A stretch of 62,424 nt of DNA, filler included, from Cladosporium halotolerans (lineage: Eukaryota), in the NCBI RefSeq assembly GCF_011745625.1. It is 8 parts of 8 records of this genome, joined end to end, with 100 filler letters (N's around TTAATTAATTAA, not from the genome) between each part and the next. Parts side by side here need not be neighbours in the genome. Positions count along the whole stretch, not along the records: positions 1 to 8,066 come from NW_027191621.1; positions 8,167 to 16,197 come from NW_027191622.1; 6 more parts are not named here. One strand, given 5' to 3'. A program made the translations under genes and the position numbers. Below are positions 1 through 10,251 of the stretch, piece after piece (positions within the stretch are counted from its first letter, which is position 1; each line of letters starts with the position of its first letter). The notes beneath the pieces were generated by a model. The model was not told the DNA's origin. It searched no databases and saw only the letters and a program-made list of their open reading frames with translations.

Positions 1-1636
1 TCTCAATGATGAGCGCGGAAAAGGCAAAGTATCTAGAAGCGGTAGAACACTGCGACGACCAGCTTGGCTGGATGAATGAAAGATCGATGTTTTTGTAGAT
101 CAGCTTCGACACTCTTGTTTCGTATAGATCTGAGCAATGTGAGCGGGAAATGAATGTAATGTGAGTGATTAAGAACTCGTGGTGCTGGGCAGCTTGCCCG
201 TGCACGTGGGGTGTCTGTGCACAAGGTGGGGAAAGCTTCTAGCCCGCGGTCGAAACCGGCAGGCCCAGCGAGACACGAAGGTCTACGCCTTCTTTCGATA
301 GCTTTTGATTTTTGCAGCTGCGACTCGATTATTGTGAGTAAAACCCTTGCCCCTCTGATATATGGTCACACGTATCACTGCGAGATCAAATCCTCGGCGT
401 CTTCTTTGTTGCCTTGCACGCCCACTTCGTGCGTCGTTTCAGACGCTATAAGCGTGACAAAAATGGGCGAGGTGGCTTTCCCACCGCCCTTCAGGCTGAG
501 GACTTTGAGTGGGAAGTGAACTGGCCAACGACTCACGCAAAATATCTCCCGAGATGTAGTCCATCTGTGCATTACGCATCAGGCGAGCAGCAGAGGCAAT
601 CGCAAGGACTGCATTGTTGGCAACGTCAATCTGACGAATGGAGGGAAATTGAACGAGACGCTTTAGTGGCTTTTCTTGCAAGACGCTATCACACTCGAGT
701 AACGACCATCATGGAGGGCTCCGCGGCTGACTGGGTGTCTTCCAGAGTCAAAATGGTGACAGTCTTTCGTCGGAGAACCAGATATCGCCAGTGTCCAGTG
801 AGCTCTACACGTGGTGTATAATGGGAACAACAGCTCATTGGAAGGGTTTCTGGACCTCGGAACGCTGTTGAGACGTTTGATCGATGCGGTCTCCGGGTCC
901 TGGATGCCGGGACGCGGAGGGTTGATGTTGACGGGGCTGGAGGGCGACTCTTGGGGCCGCACCTCGGGCTGTGATAGGTAAGGTACGGGTTTGCGCGAAG
1001 GAAACTCTTGCGAGGAGACGGGCGGCGTTTGCTCGACGGTCCTGATCGACCTTCATGTTGGAAAGTCGCTTGGCGCTTGGAGACGGCCGTTCTCGGCGGC
1101 CGTTTTGGAAGTGGTAGTAATGGTGCTGCGGCTGGGGAGTAGTCGCAGGGTGTCCGGTAGGTCAACTCAGGTGTGGCGTGAAAGTATCGAGCGGTGTAGA
1201 CGGGATGAGAGAGCAGGCGGCGTGAGTCCCAAGGGCGGAGCGGAGGGTCGATCGGCGGGGAACACGAGCGAAGGTACAGGCGTGGCAGGAGCTGACTAGC
1301 GGAGAGAACACGGTAGACAGGAACCAAGCATCGGCGGCGCGAGGCAGGGCGGGCAGGCAATGGGGAAATAATGAGGACGAGAGCGTTGGCGCGGTGGCGT
1401 ATGGCCCGATCAGACCAGCGAGGGGCAGCCTTGTGAAGTCGCATGCGCGGGAGCCGAAAGCAATAAAATGGGCAAGCTCGGGCAACAATGAGGTGCTGCG
1501 CGCGAGGGCGGCGTGTGACAATGATTATGTTGGACAAAGTGTGTGTGTGAGGAGGTGTATCTATCCTATCTACTGCGGTAATGACTGACTATAGATGTAA
1601 CCCACCTGAAACAGTAGCGTCGGCGGCAATGCAAGC

Positions 1637-2130
1637 ATGCCTCAGGCAGGAACTACATTTCCAACAGCAATAATCCATGGTCCCGAGCAAAAGGAGTATC
1701 TCGATCAAAACGGGGCTATCAACCACGCAATCATTATAAGAAAGGTAATCAGACATATTTCCACAATGCCGAGAGGGATAGAATTCAAAACGGTTGCTTG
1801 TTTAATTCGTGGCATCGCTTTGCCGTACATCGTCGCCGTGAGCGGCCATAACGGTAGTGCGCAAGACAAAGCTCTGGACCGGTCTCAATGGAGGGACAAA
1901 GTGTGCCAACTGGCAGAAATTATGAACTATCACATCCCCAAGCATCAATATGACGCTCCCGGATGAGGACTACACGCTCCGCCACGGCGCGCAACCACCA
2001 TGTTGCGTCTTCCCTGTTGAAACATTCTTCTGCCAGCCTGGTCAGTGACAAACCTGAGCTCTGCGTTGATTCTCCAAGATTTTGTTCAAAAGCTGCCGAG
2101 ATGTTTGGATTTAAGATTCGTTTGAGATGA
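1637..2130 (+). pseudogene. Decayed fungal SsdA-like (BaDTF2-type) cytidine deaminase domain
   Basis: ORF 1637-1966 reads KTVACLIRG..LPYIVAVSG...DRSQWRDKVCQLAEIMNY...DAPG*. A second frame (about 2038-2130) reads LVSDKPELCVDSPRFCSKAAEMFGFKIRLR*. From memory these resemble the N- and C-terminal halves of fungal SsdA_C-like deaminases. The HAE zinc motif is absent, CxxC is CVDS, and a stop plus frameshift separate the halves. Confidence 0.45.
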
Positions 2131-4195
2131 GTCCATCGATCTGGCCCCCTATTTTCGAGGCAGTACGATAGACAGGCAGCGCTATCTATCAAATAATACC
2201 ATGCTTAGGACTTTGCATCATACTGACATGAACCCAGCAATACATGTCTGCTCGAACGTCTGTATTCGGCTACGTTCCTCTGGAATGAGGCTTAAGAACA
2301 GCTCAATGATCAGATTCGATGATATCAAGCTGATGTTATCCGGCAAATATCGCAAGCATCCATCAAAAATAACTGGAACGAACGTGAGAAGTCAGACACG
2401 GCCTCGTGTGTCTCTGAGCGCCACGAAAAATCAACTTTTGGCACGGGAATCACTTTCAGTCTTGCCTCAACACGGTCCAACGAACCCTCAAAAAAACATG
2501 AATCTACATCCCGGGCTGATATCCATGTTGGACGCCATTTGACGTGCACGACGCGGCCATAGATTTGGCAGGAGTCCACGTGGGTGTGCACAGGAAGAAT
2601 GTCGGCTGTTATGCTCGAAAACACCTCTACGGGCATCGCCACCTCGTGGAAATGGACAAAGCATTGCCCACGGCCGAGATACCAACTAAGACCTTCGATT
2701 CTCTGTGGTATTCTCGTACATTGTGCCAGTTCGTTAAGGGTCGAAAACTCGTTAAGCGGCTCGACTATCTCACATCCTTTGCATATGCGGAAGTGCACCA
2801 AATTGTCGCCGGGCTCATTGATGTGCGAACGGTCAATGCTCGTCCGATCTGGTGGCATGTTAGTCATCCACTGTGCAAAGGGGTCTCTGCGGGGTTGTCT
2901 ACGTACCGGGAGGCCCCAAACCCTGGTATTGGCGCGTCGTTTGCGCTTTCCACCACACCGGCTGACCGTATAGGTTCTTCGCCCTCATTAGAAGTAGTCC
3001 GCAACAGAAGAATGTTCAAACTTCTCGAGGGATAAAGTTCGCTGTAGAGTCCTACAGATTTGGTGTATTGTGAGGTTTTCGCAGGTACGACCTTGGTATA
3101 GGTACGTGACACCGTGAGTCGAATATGAGAGTCTCACGAGTACGATATTCGCAACCGTTGTTTCGTTTCGGTTTTTGCGACGGGGCGAGCGCCTTGTATA
3201 TCGATGTACATGGGCGGCTCAACGTATTCGCGGCGTGACATGGGCCTCAACTGGCCGTTGCCCTTGTCCCGATTTGGTGCGTGAGGGCTCCCAATCCGAT
3301 TCGATACCTCAAGGGTAGTACAAGGATTTGTCAGATACACTTTCATAGCTTGCCAGGGCCGGGTGGCGAGAGGTTAGGCTGAATATGGTATCGAGATTGA
3401 TTTGTCTTCACTGCGCTGAAGGGAAATAGTGTATGCGTGAATCTTCGCGACACATGATGTGTCTACTTTTGGCGCGAGCGACGTCTGGTCTTGATCGCAT
3501 CTGTCTACAGTATCTAGGTCAGTCCCACAAATTATTCGTAGGTGGGACTAACGCGGACTTCGTCGATGTATCCGATGCAAATTCCCCTCATGATATAATT
3601 TGCAGCGGACCCTCGTTCGCCTAAAGTGTGACCCGCCAATAGAGCAAATGCTAGGATCATGCCAGGTGCTTACTGTCTGGGGAGCTTGTGCGCGAGGAGA
3701 AGCAATGCGATGGTACGGATGTACAATCCCTGCATCCGAGTTTGGAGGGGAGAAAGCTTTCCGTTGGCACCCGGTGTTGCTGACAGTAAGAGCGGGGACC
3801 CTCCTGCAAGGGCCTAAGCCCATCTCCTCAAGGTAGCACGGTCCATTCTATTGAATATCCTTTGTACTTTAAGGATTTAGTTGAGTGCCATCTCATCCTC
3901 AGGCGAATCCGACTCCCGTCTAGCCTGTCACCGCCCGACATGGGGGTAGCGGTCAGAGAATGTGCAACTTTGGATGTGCGGCTTCCAGAAGCACGGAGCG
4001 GTAAAGGCTACATGGATTTACCGTAATATTCTGCAAGCCGGCATCAGGTGTTGATATCTCCAGCTGGCTGACTGAGGAGAATGGAGACACGAGTCCATAC
4101 TTGACTGCAGATATCTCAACACCCTCGACCTTGAAAGGCATAAACCTGAGTCTGAGCCTTGTTTCGGGCAACATTTCAGCATTCTGAGGCAGAAG

Positions 4196-5531
4196 ATGAA
4201 CCATTACAACATACAGCCTCAGATTTGCAATAATATGGATGAGAAAGGTTTCCTCATAGGTCACCTCGAGAAGGTTGAGAGTATTTTCCCTAAGGCTTTG
4301 ACGGAGCAACAGAAGCTGCTAGGCGCCGGTCAAGATGGTTCTAGGGAGTGGATAACACTCATAGCCATCATACGTGCAGATGGTAGCTCACTGCCACCAG
4401 CTCTGATCTCTAAGGCTGTAAGTGGTGACCTTCAAGACACCTGGCTCGGTGACAACAAAGCAAACGAGCATTCTTGCTGATTCGCAAGCTCCCCTAATGG
4501 CTGGACTAGCGATGAGCTTGGATTGAGCTGGCTACAGAGCCTATTCGACACTCGGACTGTCGACAAGGCCAAGAGAGACTGGAGGCTGCTCATCCTTGAC
4601 GGACATTGTTCTCACTGCACCCTCCAATTTCTTAATTGGTGGTGGAGCAATAGAATACTAGTGGCTATCTTCCTTCCTCACTTTACGCATAGGTTGCAGC
4701 CCCTAGATGTGAGTCTATTCAGACCTTTGGCGACCTACTACAATCAGGAAGTGGATCACCACACCAGACTCTCGCAAGGTCTCACAGCACTTACTAAGCG
4801 AGACTTCTTCACGAACTTTTATTCTGCCTATGATAGAGCCTTCACAGAAGACAACATCAAGCTTGGATGGCATAAGACTGGCTTAGAGCCCTTTGTTCCA
4901 GAGCAGGTGCTCAATATCTTGAAAAAGGAAGAACCAGAGGAGGAGGAGGATGCCTTACCAGACCGAGCACCTTCTGCCAGTCACTCAAGCTGCTGTCTGG
5001 ACTCACCATCAACAATGAGAATCATATCAAGCTGCTCAGAGCTCAATACAGAGCTGCTTAGAAGGCTCAGGAAGAAGCCGAGGCTCAGCAGAGGCGTGAG
5101 GACAGAGCTGCGAGGGCTGCAGCAAAGAAGGCTGAGGAGGCTCTCCAAAAGGATGAGAAACAGCAACAGAAGGAGGCTAAGGAGGCTCAGAAGCTGCTTG
5201 AAAGAAATTTCAGACCGGTGAACAGTAGACCTAGGAAGATGCAGAAGACTCAGAGGGAGCCCAAGAAGCATGGGGCTGCTGCGATAGAGCCAGAGCCTCA
5301 GGGTATTCTCAAACCATCTGAAGTCAAGGTCGGGTCGAACGATCAAAAAACCTGCATACCTGGATGATATCTGAATAGACAGTCTTGCAAACAAGATTCT
5401 TAGTAACAGTATACTTGAATCTCGACTCGAACCGTTGTCTTTCGGTTGAGGTATAGACCGCACAAGGTCAAGGTGACAGTGTGTGAGAAGCGTGCATCTA
5501 GCGGGGAGGTGCACTGACCAGGGAAGACTTC
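4196..5531 (+). mobile_element. 5'-truncated Fot1/pogo DNA transposon, degenerate DDE_1 transposase, right TIR end retained
   Basis: NMDEKGFLIG, GQDGSREWIT, SPNGWT, LLILDGHCSH and HRLQPLDV motifs; stop at 4478-4480 and frameshift/deletion near 5030; C-terminal SRSGRTIKKP. Ends ...CCAGGGAAGACTTC|TA (5531|5532-5533). Confidence 0.9.
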
Positions 5532-5533
5532 TA

Positions 5534-5800
5534 TAGACTGCAGCTCGAAGAAATACTGGGCAACGTCAGCGAGCTTCCAGTGGACTTGCTGAAGTCTCTG
5601 ACGTTGGCTTTACTTGGGACTCTTCCGGAGAATGGATCTCCCAGAGTTCATTACCGTCAAGCTTGAGAGTGCCATCCCCGCAACCGGTCCGAGGCTCTGC
5701 TGCCAAGGCCGCTGCTGAGGCGCCCGCCTACGACCCATCTCTTGTCTATGGCTATGTTTTGGAGCTGGCAACAGTTCTTGCGCTGCGTGACGAAAATATA
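5534..5800 (+). pseudogene. Stranded internal fragment of a Gea2/GBF1-type Arf-GEF gene
   Basis: Pieced translation QLEEILGNVSELPVDLLKSLTLALLGTLPENGSPRV(I)TVK...AYDPSLVY(GY)VLELATVLALRDE resembles, from memory, the post-Sec7 (HDS) region of fungal Gea2. Frameshifted, no start or stop context. Confidence 0.6.
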
Positions 5801-5840
5801 TTCAACCCTTGGCGCTTACGCGGCGGAGGCTTTACAAGTA

Positions 5841-7968
5841 CAAGTCTTCCCTGGCTCGTGCATAATCATGACTCGTGCACACGGTGTTCACATAACCATC
5901 ATCACCTGTAAAGCATTATAACTCGATGGAAACACAGGTGTGAGAGCTGATAAATAGCTCATTGTAATTGCTGTAGCTCTCTCTATGGCTTCGATTACTT
6001 GAATATCGTCAAAAAACCTTGGTCGCTTAATGGCTCTGCCAGTTCTTGACCTGGGCTGTTCTGGCACTATTCCAAGTTCTGGCTCGATAACGACCGCGAC
6101 AGACTCTTGGGGCTGCTTTCGCTTCGGTGGCCTTCCTCTTGGCTTTCTACCGGAGGCCAAAGACTCTGTATGAAGCTGCTTCTGAGCCCTTTTAGCCAGC
6201 TTGTCACGTCCCCGTTGAGCCTTGTCCAGAGCTTTCTGAGTCTTCCTTGCGGCAGCTCTAATAGCTCTGTCTTCGCGCTTCTGCTGGACTTCGAGCTCCC
6301 TGTGAGCCTTGAGCTGAGCTCTGTCTTGAGCTTGGAGCAATCGATCGAGCGCTTCGCCATCCTTGGCGAGCTCGTGAGCTGCTGCAAGCTCTCTAGCTCG
6401 GATTACCTTGGAATGGCTGAAGAACATCGCAACAAGGCCTTCGTCTGCTCTGAGCTGCTCGGTGAATGCGCTACCGCGTTTCCTCTTCTTCTTCTTCGAA
6501 TCAATAGACTCAAGAAGGCCTTGCTCACGCTCTTTGCCAGCTCAGCCCTGGCAGAAGCTCCCAGGTAGGCATCGCCAAGCAGTATGATCGTCCTGTGCTT
6601 TGTAGCATCACCAGCTGCCACACCTTTCCTCAAAATCCTCCGTATCTTTCTTGTGGCTCTCGGCGAGACAACACAGCTGCTTCTGAGAATTTCAGAGGCC
6701 GCGGACGCCGACGAATTGTCCAAAGCTTCGCTTGCCTCAGTGTTGAAGACCTTTAGCACCTGAGCGGGATCCCACGGCTCTACGCCAGTTTTGCGCCACC
6801 CAGACCGAATGTTCTCTTCCGTGAAGGTCTTGTCGAATGCTGGGTAGAAGATGGTGAAGAACTCACGCTTGCTTATGCTCGACAGGCCGAGAGACTGTCT
6901 GGTATGAGCATCTAAGGCTTGGCTGTAATAGGTGGCGAGTGGTCCGAACAGGCCAACGTGGAGAGGCTGCAATCTATGAGTCGAGCGGGGAGGATAGACA
7001 GCAACCAAGATCCTACGCTTGTGGCACCATTCAAGAAAGTCTAGCGTGCAATGAGAGCCATGGCCGTCAAGCATGAGCAGCCTCCAGTCTCTTCTAGCCT
7101 TGTCTGAGGTTTGAGGATCGAAGAGGCTCTGAAGCCAGCTCAAAGCAAGCTCATCACTCGTCCATCCGTTGGGCGAGCTTGCAAACCAACAAGGATGCTC
7201 TTCTGGCTTATAGTCCTCGAGCCAAGTGTCTTGGTGATCACCACTAACAGCGTTATAGATCAAGGCAGGCGGCAATGAGCTGCCATCAGCACATATGGTC
7301 GCTATAAGGGTTATCCAGTGTCGGGATCCATCTTGGCCGGTGCTAGAAGTTTCTGCGTCCTCATGAGGGTCTTCGGGAAGATCCTTTTGACCTTCTGTAG
7401 GTGGCCGATGAGGAAGCCCGTCTCGTCCATGTTGTAGCAGTTGTGAGGCTGTATGCTATACTGGATGATCTTCTGCTTCAAGACAGCGAAGTACTGCCGG
7501 TACGAAGGCTCTGAGTCAGCTTTGTGTCTCTCAAGGTCCATGGTGTTGAGATATCTGCAATCAAGTTCATCCTTATGTCGGGCTCTGAAGGCGGAAGACC
7601 AGTTCTTGCCAGGCTCTGTACCACATAAAGAAGCAGCGCAAGCTCTTACCATTGATGGTGTAGGTGGGAGACACCACTCAGATAGTCTGTTGATCTGCTC
7701 AACAAGCATGAGCTCTTGTTTGTGTGCGAGCAGTTGCTGCGTGTGGTGCCCCTTGGCTACAGAGCGTGTATTGCCACGGAACCGCTTGCTGAGGGGACTT
7801 CTGCTGACATTAAATTTTCTCGCTGCTTCAGATATGTTTCCGGAGCTAGAGGAGTTCATAAACGCGATCGCCTCGTCAATTGGAGCCATAGTTGCGGAGG
7901 TATCGCGTGTTGAAGGGCATTGTTGATGAGCTGTACAAGTTTGCACGAGTCATGGATGTGCACGAGCC
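5841..7968 (-). mobile_element. Fot1/pogo DNA transposon, frameshifted transposase (ATG 7889), 5' TIR clipped by a LINE tail
   Basis: HTH N-terminus (MAPIDEAIA...AARKFNVSRS), LPPTP, YNMDETGF, LMLDGHGSH, HRLQPL. TA|CAAGTCTTCCCTGGCTCGTGCATAATCATGACTCGTGCA at 5839-5879 matches imperfectly inverted TGCACGAGTCATGGATGTGCACGAGCC at 7942-7968, where the outer ~12 bp is replaced by (GAT)7. Confidence 0.92.
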
Positions 7969-8066
7969 GATGATGATGATGATGATGATTTTCATTCAGG
8001 CTATGCACGGAGACCGTATGAGCCGTCCCTAATCGCTGCCTAAAAATACCATAAAAATCGCCTTGC
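7969..8066 (-). mobile_element. 3' end of a non-LTR retrotransposon with (ATC)7 tail, running into the contig end
   Basis: Minus strand reads ...GGGACGGCTCATACGGTCTCCGTGCATAGCCTGAATGAAA(ATC)7. A short-repeat tail behind a GGACGGCT stem-like motif is typical of Tad-clade LINE 3' ends, and it interrupts a Fot1 TIR precisely. Confidence 0.6.
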
Positions 8067-8166
8067 NNNNNNNNNNNNNNNNNNNNNNNNNNNNNNNNNN
8101 NNNNNNNNNNTTAATTAATTAANNNNNNNNNNNNNNNNNNNNNNNNNNNNNNNNNNNNNNNNNNNN
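8067..8166. other. Artificial contig linker N44-TTAATTAATTAA-N44 (also 16198-16297, 24194-24293, 32161-32260, 39789-39888, 47383-47482, 54972-55071)
   Basis: Identical 100-nt spacers carrying a six-frame stop core; the contigs between them fall monotonically in size. Confidence 0.99.
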
Positions 8167-8445
8167 TTGGCCAACACGGCGAGAACTTGGCTTTGGTGAT
8201 AGCAAACATGCCTGCCAGGCTTCATATTTGCCTTCGCGAAGCGCGACCAAAGACACACCTGGCGCTGTTCATCGTATGCCATGCCCAGGTGCCCAGGTCG
8301 TCTACCGAGGCGCTAGGCATGAATCGCCGCAGGGGACTTGTTTTCGACTTTGTCACAGACAGAGTCATTTTTTACATCATTCGAGAGCGCATATTGAGCC
8401 GATCAGGCACACACTGACAACATCCCCAGCGCCTTGCTGGCGGGC

Positions 8446-10251
8446 ATGCTACCCTCCAGTAAAGGTGGCGGAGGGGGCCCCTCTCGCGACGTTCCAGGGT
8501 CTGAAGCATCCGGGGACACCACCGAGCCAATCGGCAGACTCGCCGGATTCCAGCTCGCTGACTTTCAGCTGGCGACCCCAAGCTTCAGAAAGGGAGGACC
8601 GCAAAACTGGGAAGAATGGCAGAGCGCTACAGCGTGTCCGGCGAGCCCGAAGAAGCGGAAAACGGACTTGCAAAAGTCTATCAGTGTTCCCGAAGATGCC
8701 CTCGTGCAAGCAATCGAGACTGCCCTGCGGAAGACATGGCGTGACTTCAGTGCAGCGAGCCACGCCACTGGCACACCGGACGATGTGCGATCCCTTAGAA
8801 GCGAAATGAAAGAAAGCATTGAAAAAGTACAAGTGCAACTGACACAGCTTGTGGGCACTGCGATGGCAAAGATGCAAGTGGAAGCAGACCGGCGAGCAGA
8901 TGCAATGCTTCGAAAGCTGGTTCAGATGATCAAAATGGCACCAAAACACGAAAGCGACAGTCCTCCGCCCTGTTCCAAATCTGATGCTACACAGGCCGGG
9001 ACAATGCAGCCCTCAGTCAGCCAGGACCAACAACAGTCGGTGCGAGTTGCACAGTCGCCGAGTTGGGCAAAAATCACTGGAACAGGAGCACAATCAAAAA
9101 CAGCCTGGACGACGGTCACCAGCGGTAGGAAAAAGTCGAAGAAGCACCCGTTGGACCAGAGGCGAATCTTGTTCACCAGACGCAGTGGAGTTCATGATTG
9201 TGACCCTAGAGACATCATGTTTGAGATCAACAAAGCTCTCGCACATGCACAAGCGCAGGTAGCGGTAAGACTGATCAGTCTGAAGTACACAGCGAAAGGT
9301 AATTTGTCAGGATTGATGAGTGAGAACGCGTGTGCGGAGGACCTGCTCCAGTACGCAGCGATCGTGATGCCCACTGTGCAGAGACTGGACCACGCAGTCG
9401 TTGATGTCGAGAAGACTGAGAAGTGGCGCAAAGTACGTGTGCACGGTGTTGCGCTAGATCGCTACATGAGTGAAGGTGGGCTGGAAGTGGCACGAGAAGA
9501 GATCGAAGTAATGACGGGCGAGCAACTACCATATGCACCAAGATGGATCAAAGGAGACACCTTGAGCGAGCGATACGACAATGGAAGCACAAAGCGCTCG
9601 ACGCTAGTCTTGACCGTCAAAAGCAAGAGAGCCGCAGACACAATCATGGCGAAAGGTCTCTCCTTTGGAGGACGACGCCATGAAGTAGAGAGATTCTGGG
9701 AGCGAGGTGAAGGCGGAATATGCTTGCATTGTTGCGGCCGTGATCACTTTGGGAAGTGCATTGGGAAGGCAAAGTGCTTCGTATGCGCCGGCGAACACGA
9801 AGGAAGCAAACATCAGTGTGCTGTAGACGGCTGCGGCAAAAAGGCAGAACCATGCGGACACCACACGGCGAAATGTGCAAACTGCAAGGGATCGCACATG
9901 GCAACATCCCCGAGATGCCCAGAGAAATGGTCAAAGCCACAGAATCGCAACGACAGGGGCCCCGAGACGCGCAGCAGCCCTCCGACTATGGAGATGGACG
10001 ATATCCAAGAAGACCTGCCGGCCAACGGAACGCAGACAACCACACACAAGTCACCGACTGTTGGCAGAAGTAGTCCGACGGCAACAACACCAGAACTCCC
10101 AAAAGCCGCTCTGGAGGAGTCGATACCGGAGTTGATGATGGAGATGTTTTGCCCCCAATCTCTTGCCAGTACCCTCCAGAGGCCGATACTGGTGGAAAGC
10201 TCGAGCGACCCGAATCTCATGTCCGTTGACAATGATAGTACTTCAACATAA
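8446..10251 (+). CDS. LINE ORF1 (gag-like, three Cys/His zinc knuckles)
   Basis: CLHCCGRDHFGKC, CFVCAGEHEGSKHQC and CANCKGSHMATSPRC; first ATG 8446 is conserved in the related copy at about 32134. Confidence 0.92.
   Translation: MLPSSKGGGGGPSRDVPGSEASGDTTEPIGRLAGFQLADFQLATPSFRKGGPQNWEEWQSATACPASPKKRKTDLQKSISVPEDALVQAIETALRKTWRDFSAASHATGTPDDVRSLRSEMKESIEKVQVQLTQLVGTAMAKMQVEADRRADAMLRKLVQMIKMAPKHESDSPPPCSKSDATQAGTMQPSVSQDQQQSVRVAQSPSWAKITGTGAQSKTAWTTVTSGRKKSKKHPLDQRRILFTRRSGVHDCDPRDIMFEINKALAHAQAQVAVRLISLKYTAKGNLSGLMSENACAEDLLQYAAIVMPTVQRLDHAVVDVEKTEKWRKVRVHGVALDRYMSEGGLEVAREEIEVMTGEQLPYAPRWIKGDTLSERYDNGSTKRSTLVLTVKSKRAADTIMAKGLSFGGRRHEVERFWERGEGGICLHCCGRDHFGKCIGKAKCFVCAGEHEGSKHQCAVDGCGKKAEPCGHHTAKCANCKGSHMATSPRCPEKWSKPQNRNDRGPETRSSPPTMEMDDIQEDLPANGTQTTTHKSPTVGRSSPTATTPELPKAALEESIPELMMEMFCPQSLASTLQRPILVESSSDPNLMSVDNDSTST

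Noticed and set aside
689..1537. 282-aa minus-strand ORF
   Set aside because: Arg/Pro-rich with no recognisable domain; likely a GC-driven chance ORF or UTR.
8111..8122. TTAATTAATTAA recurring about every 8 kb as a biological repeat or CRISPR-like array
   Set aside because: Assembly spacer flanked by Ns.
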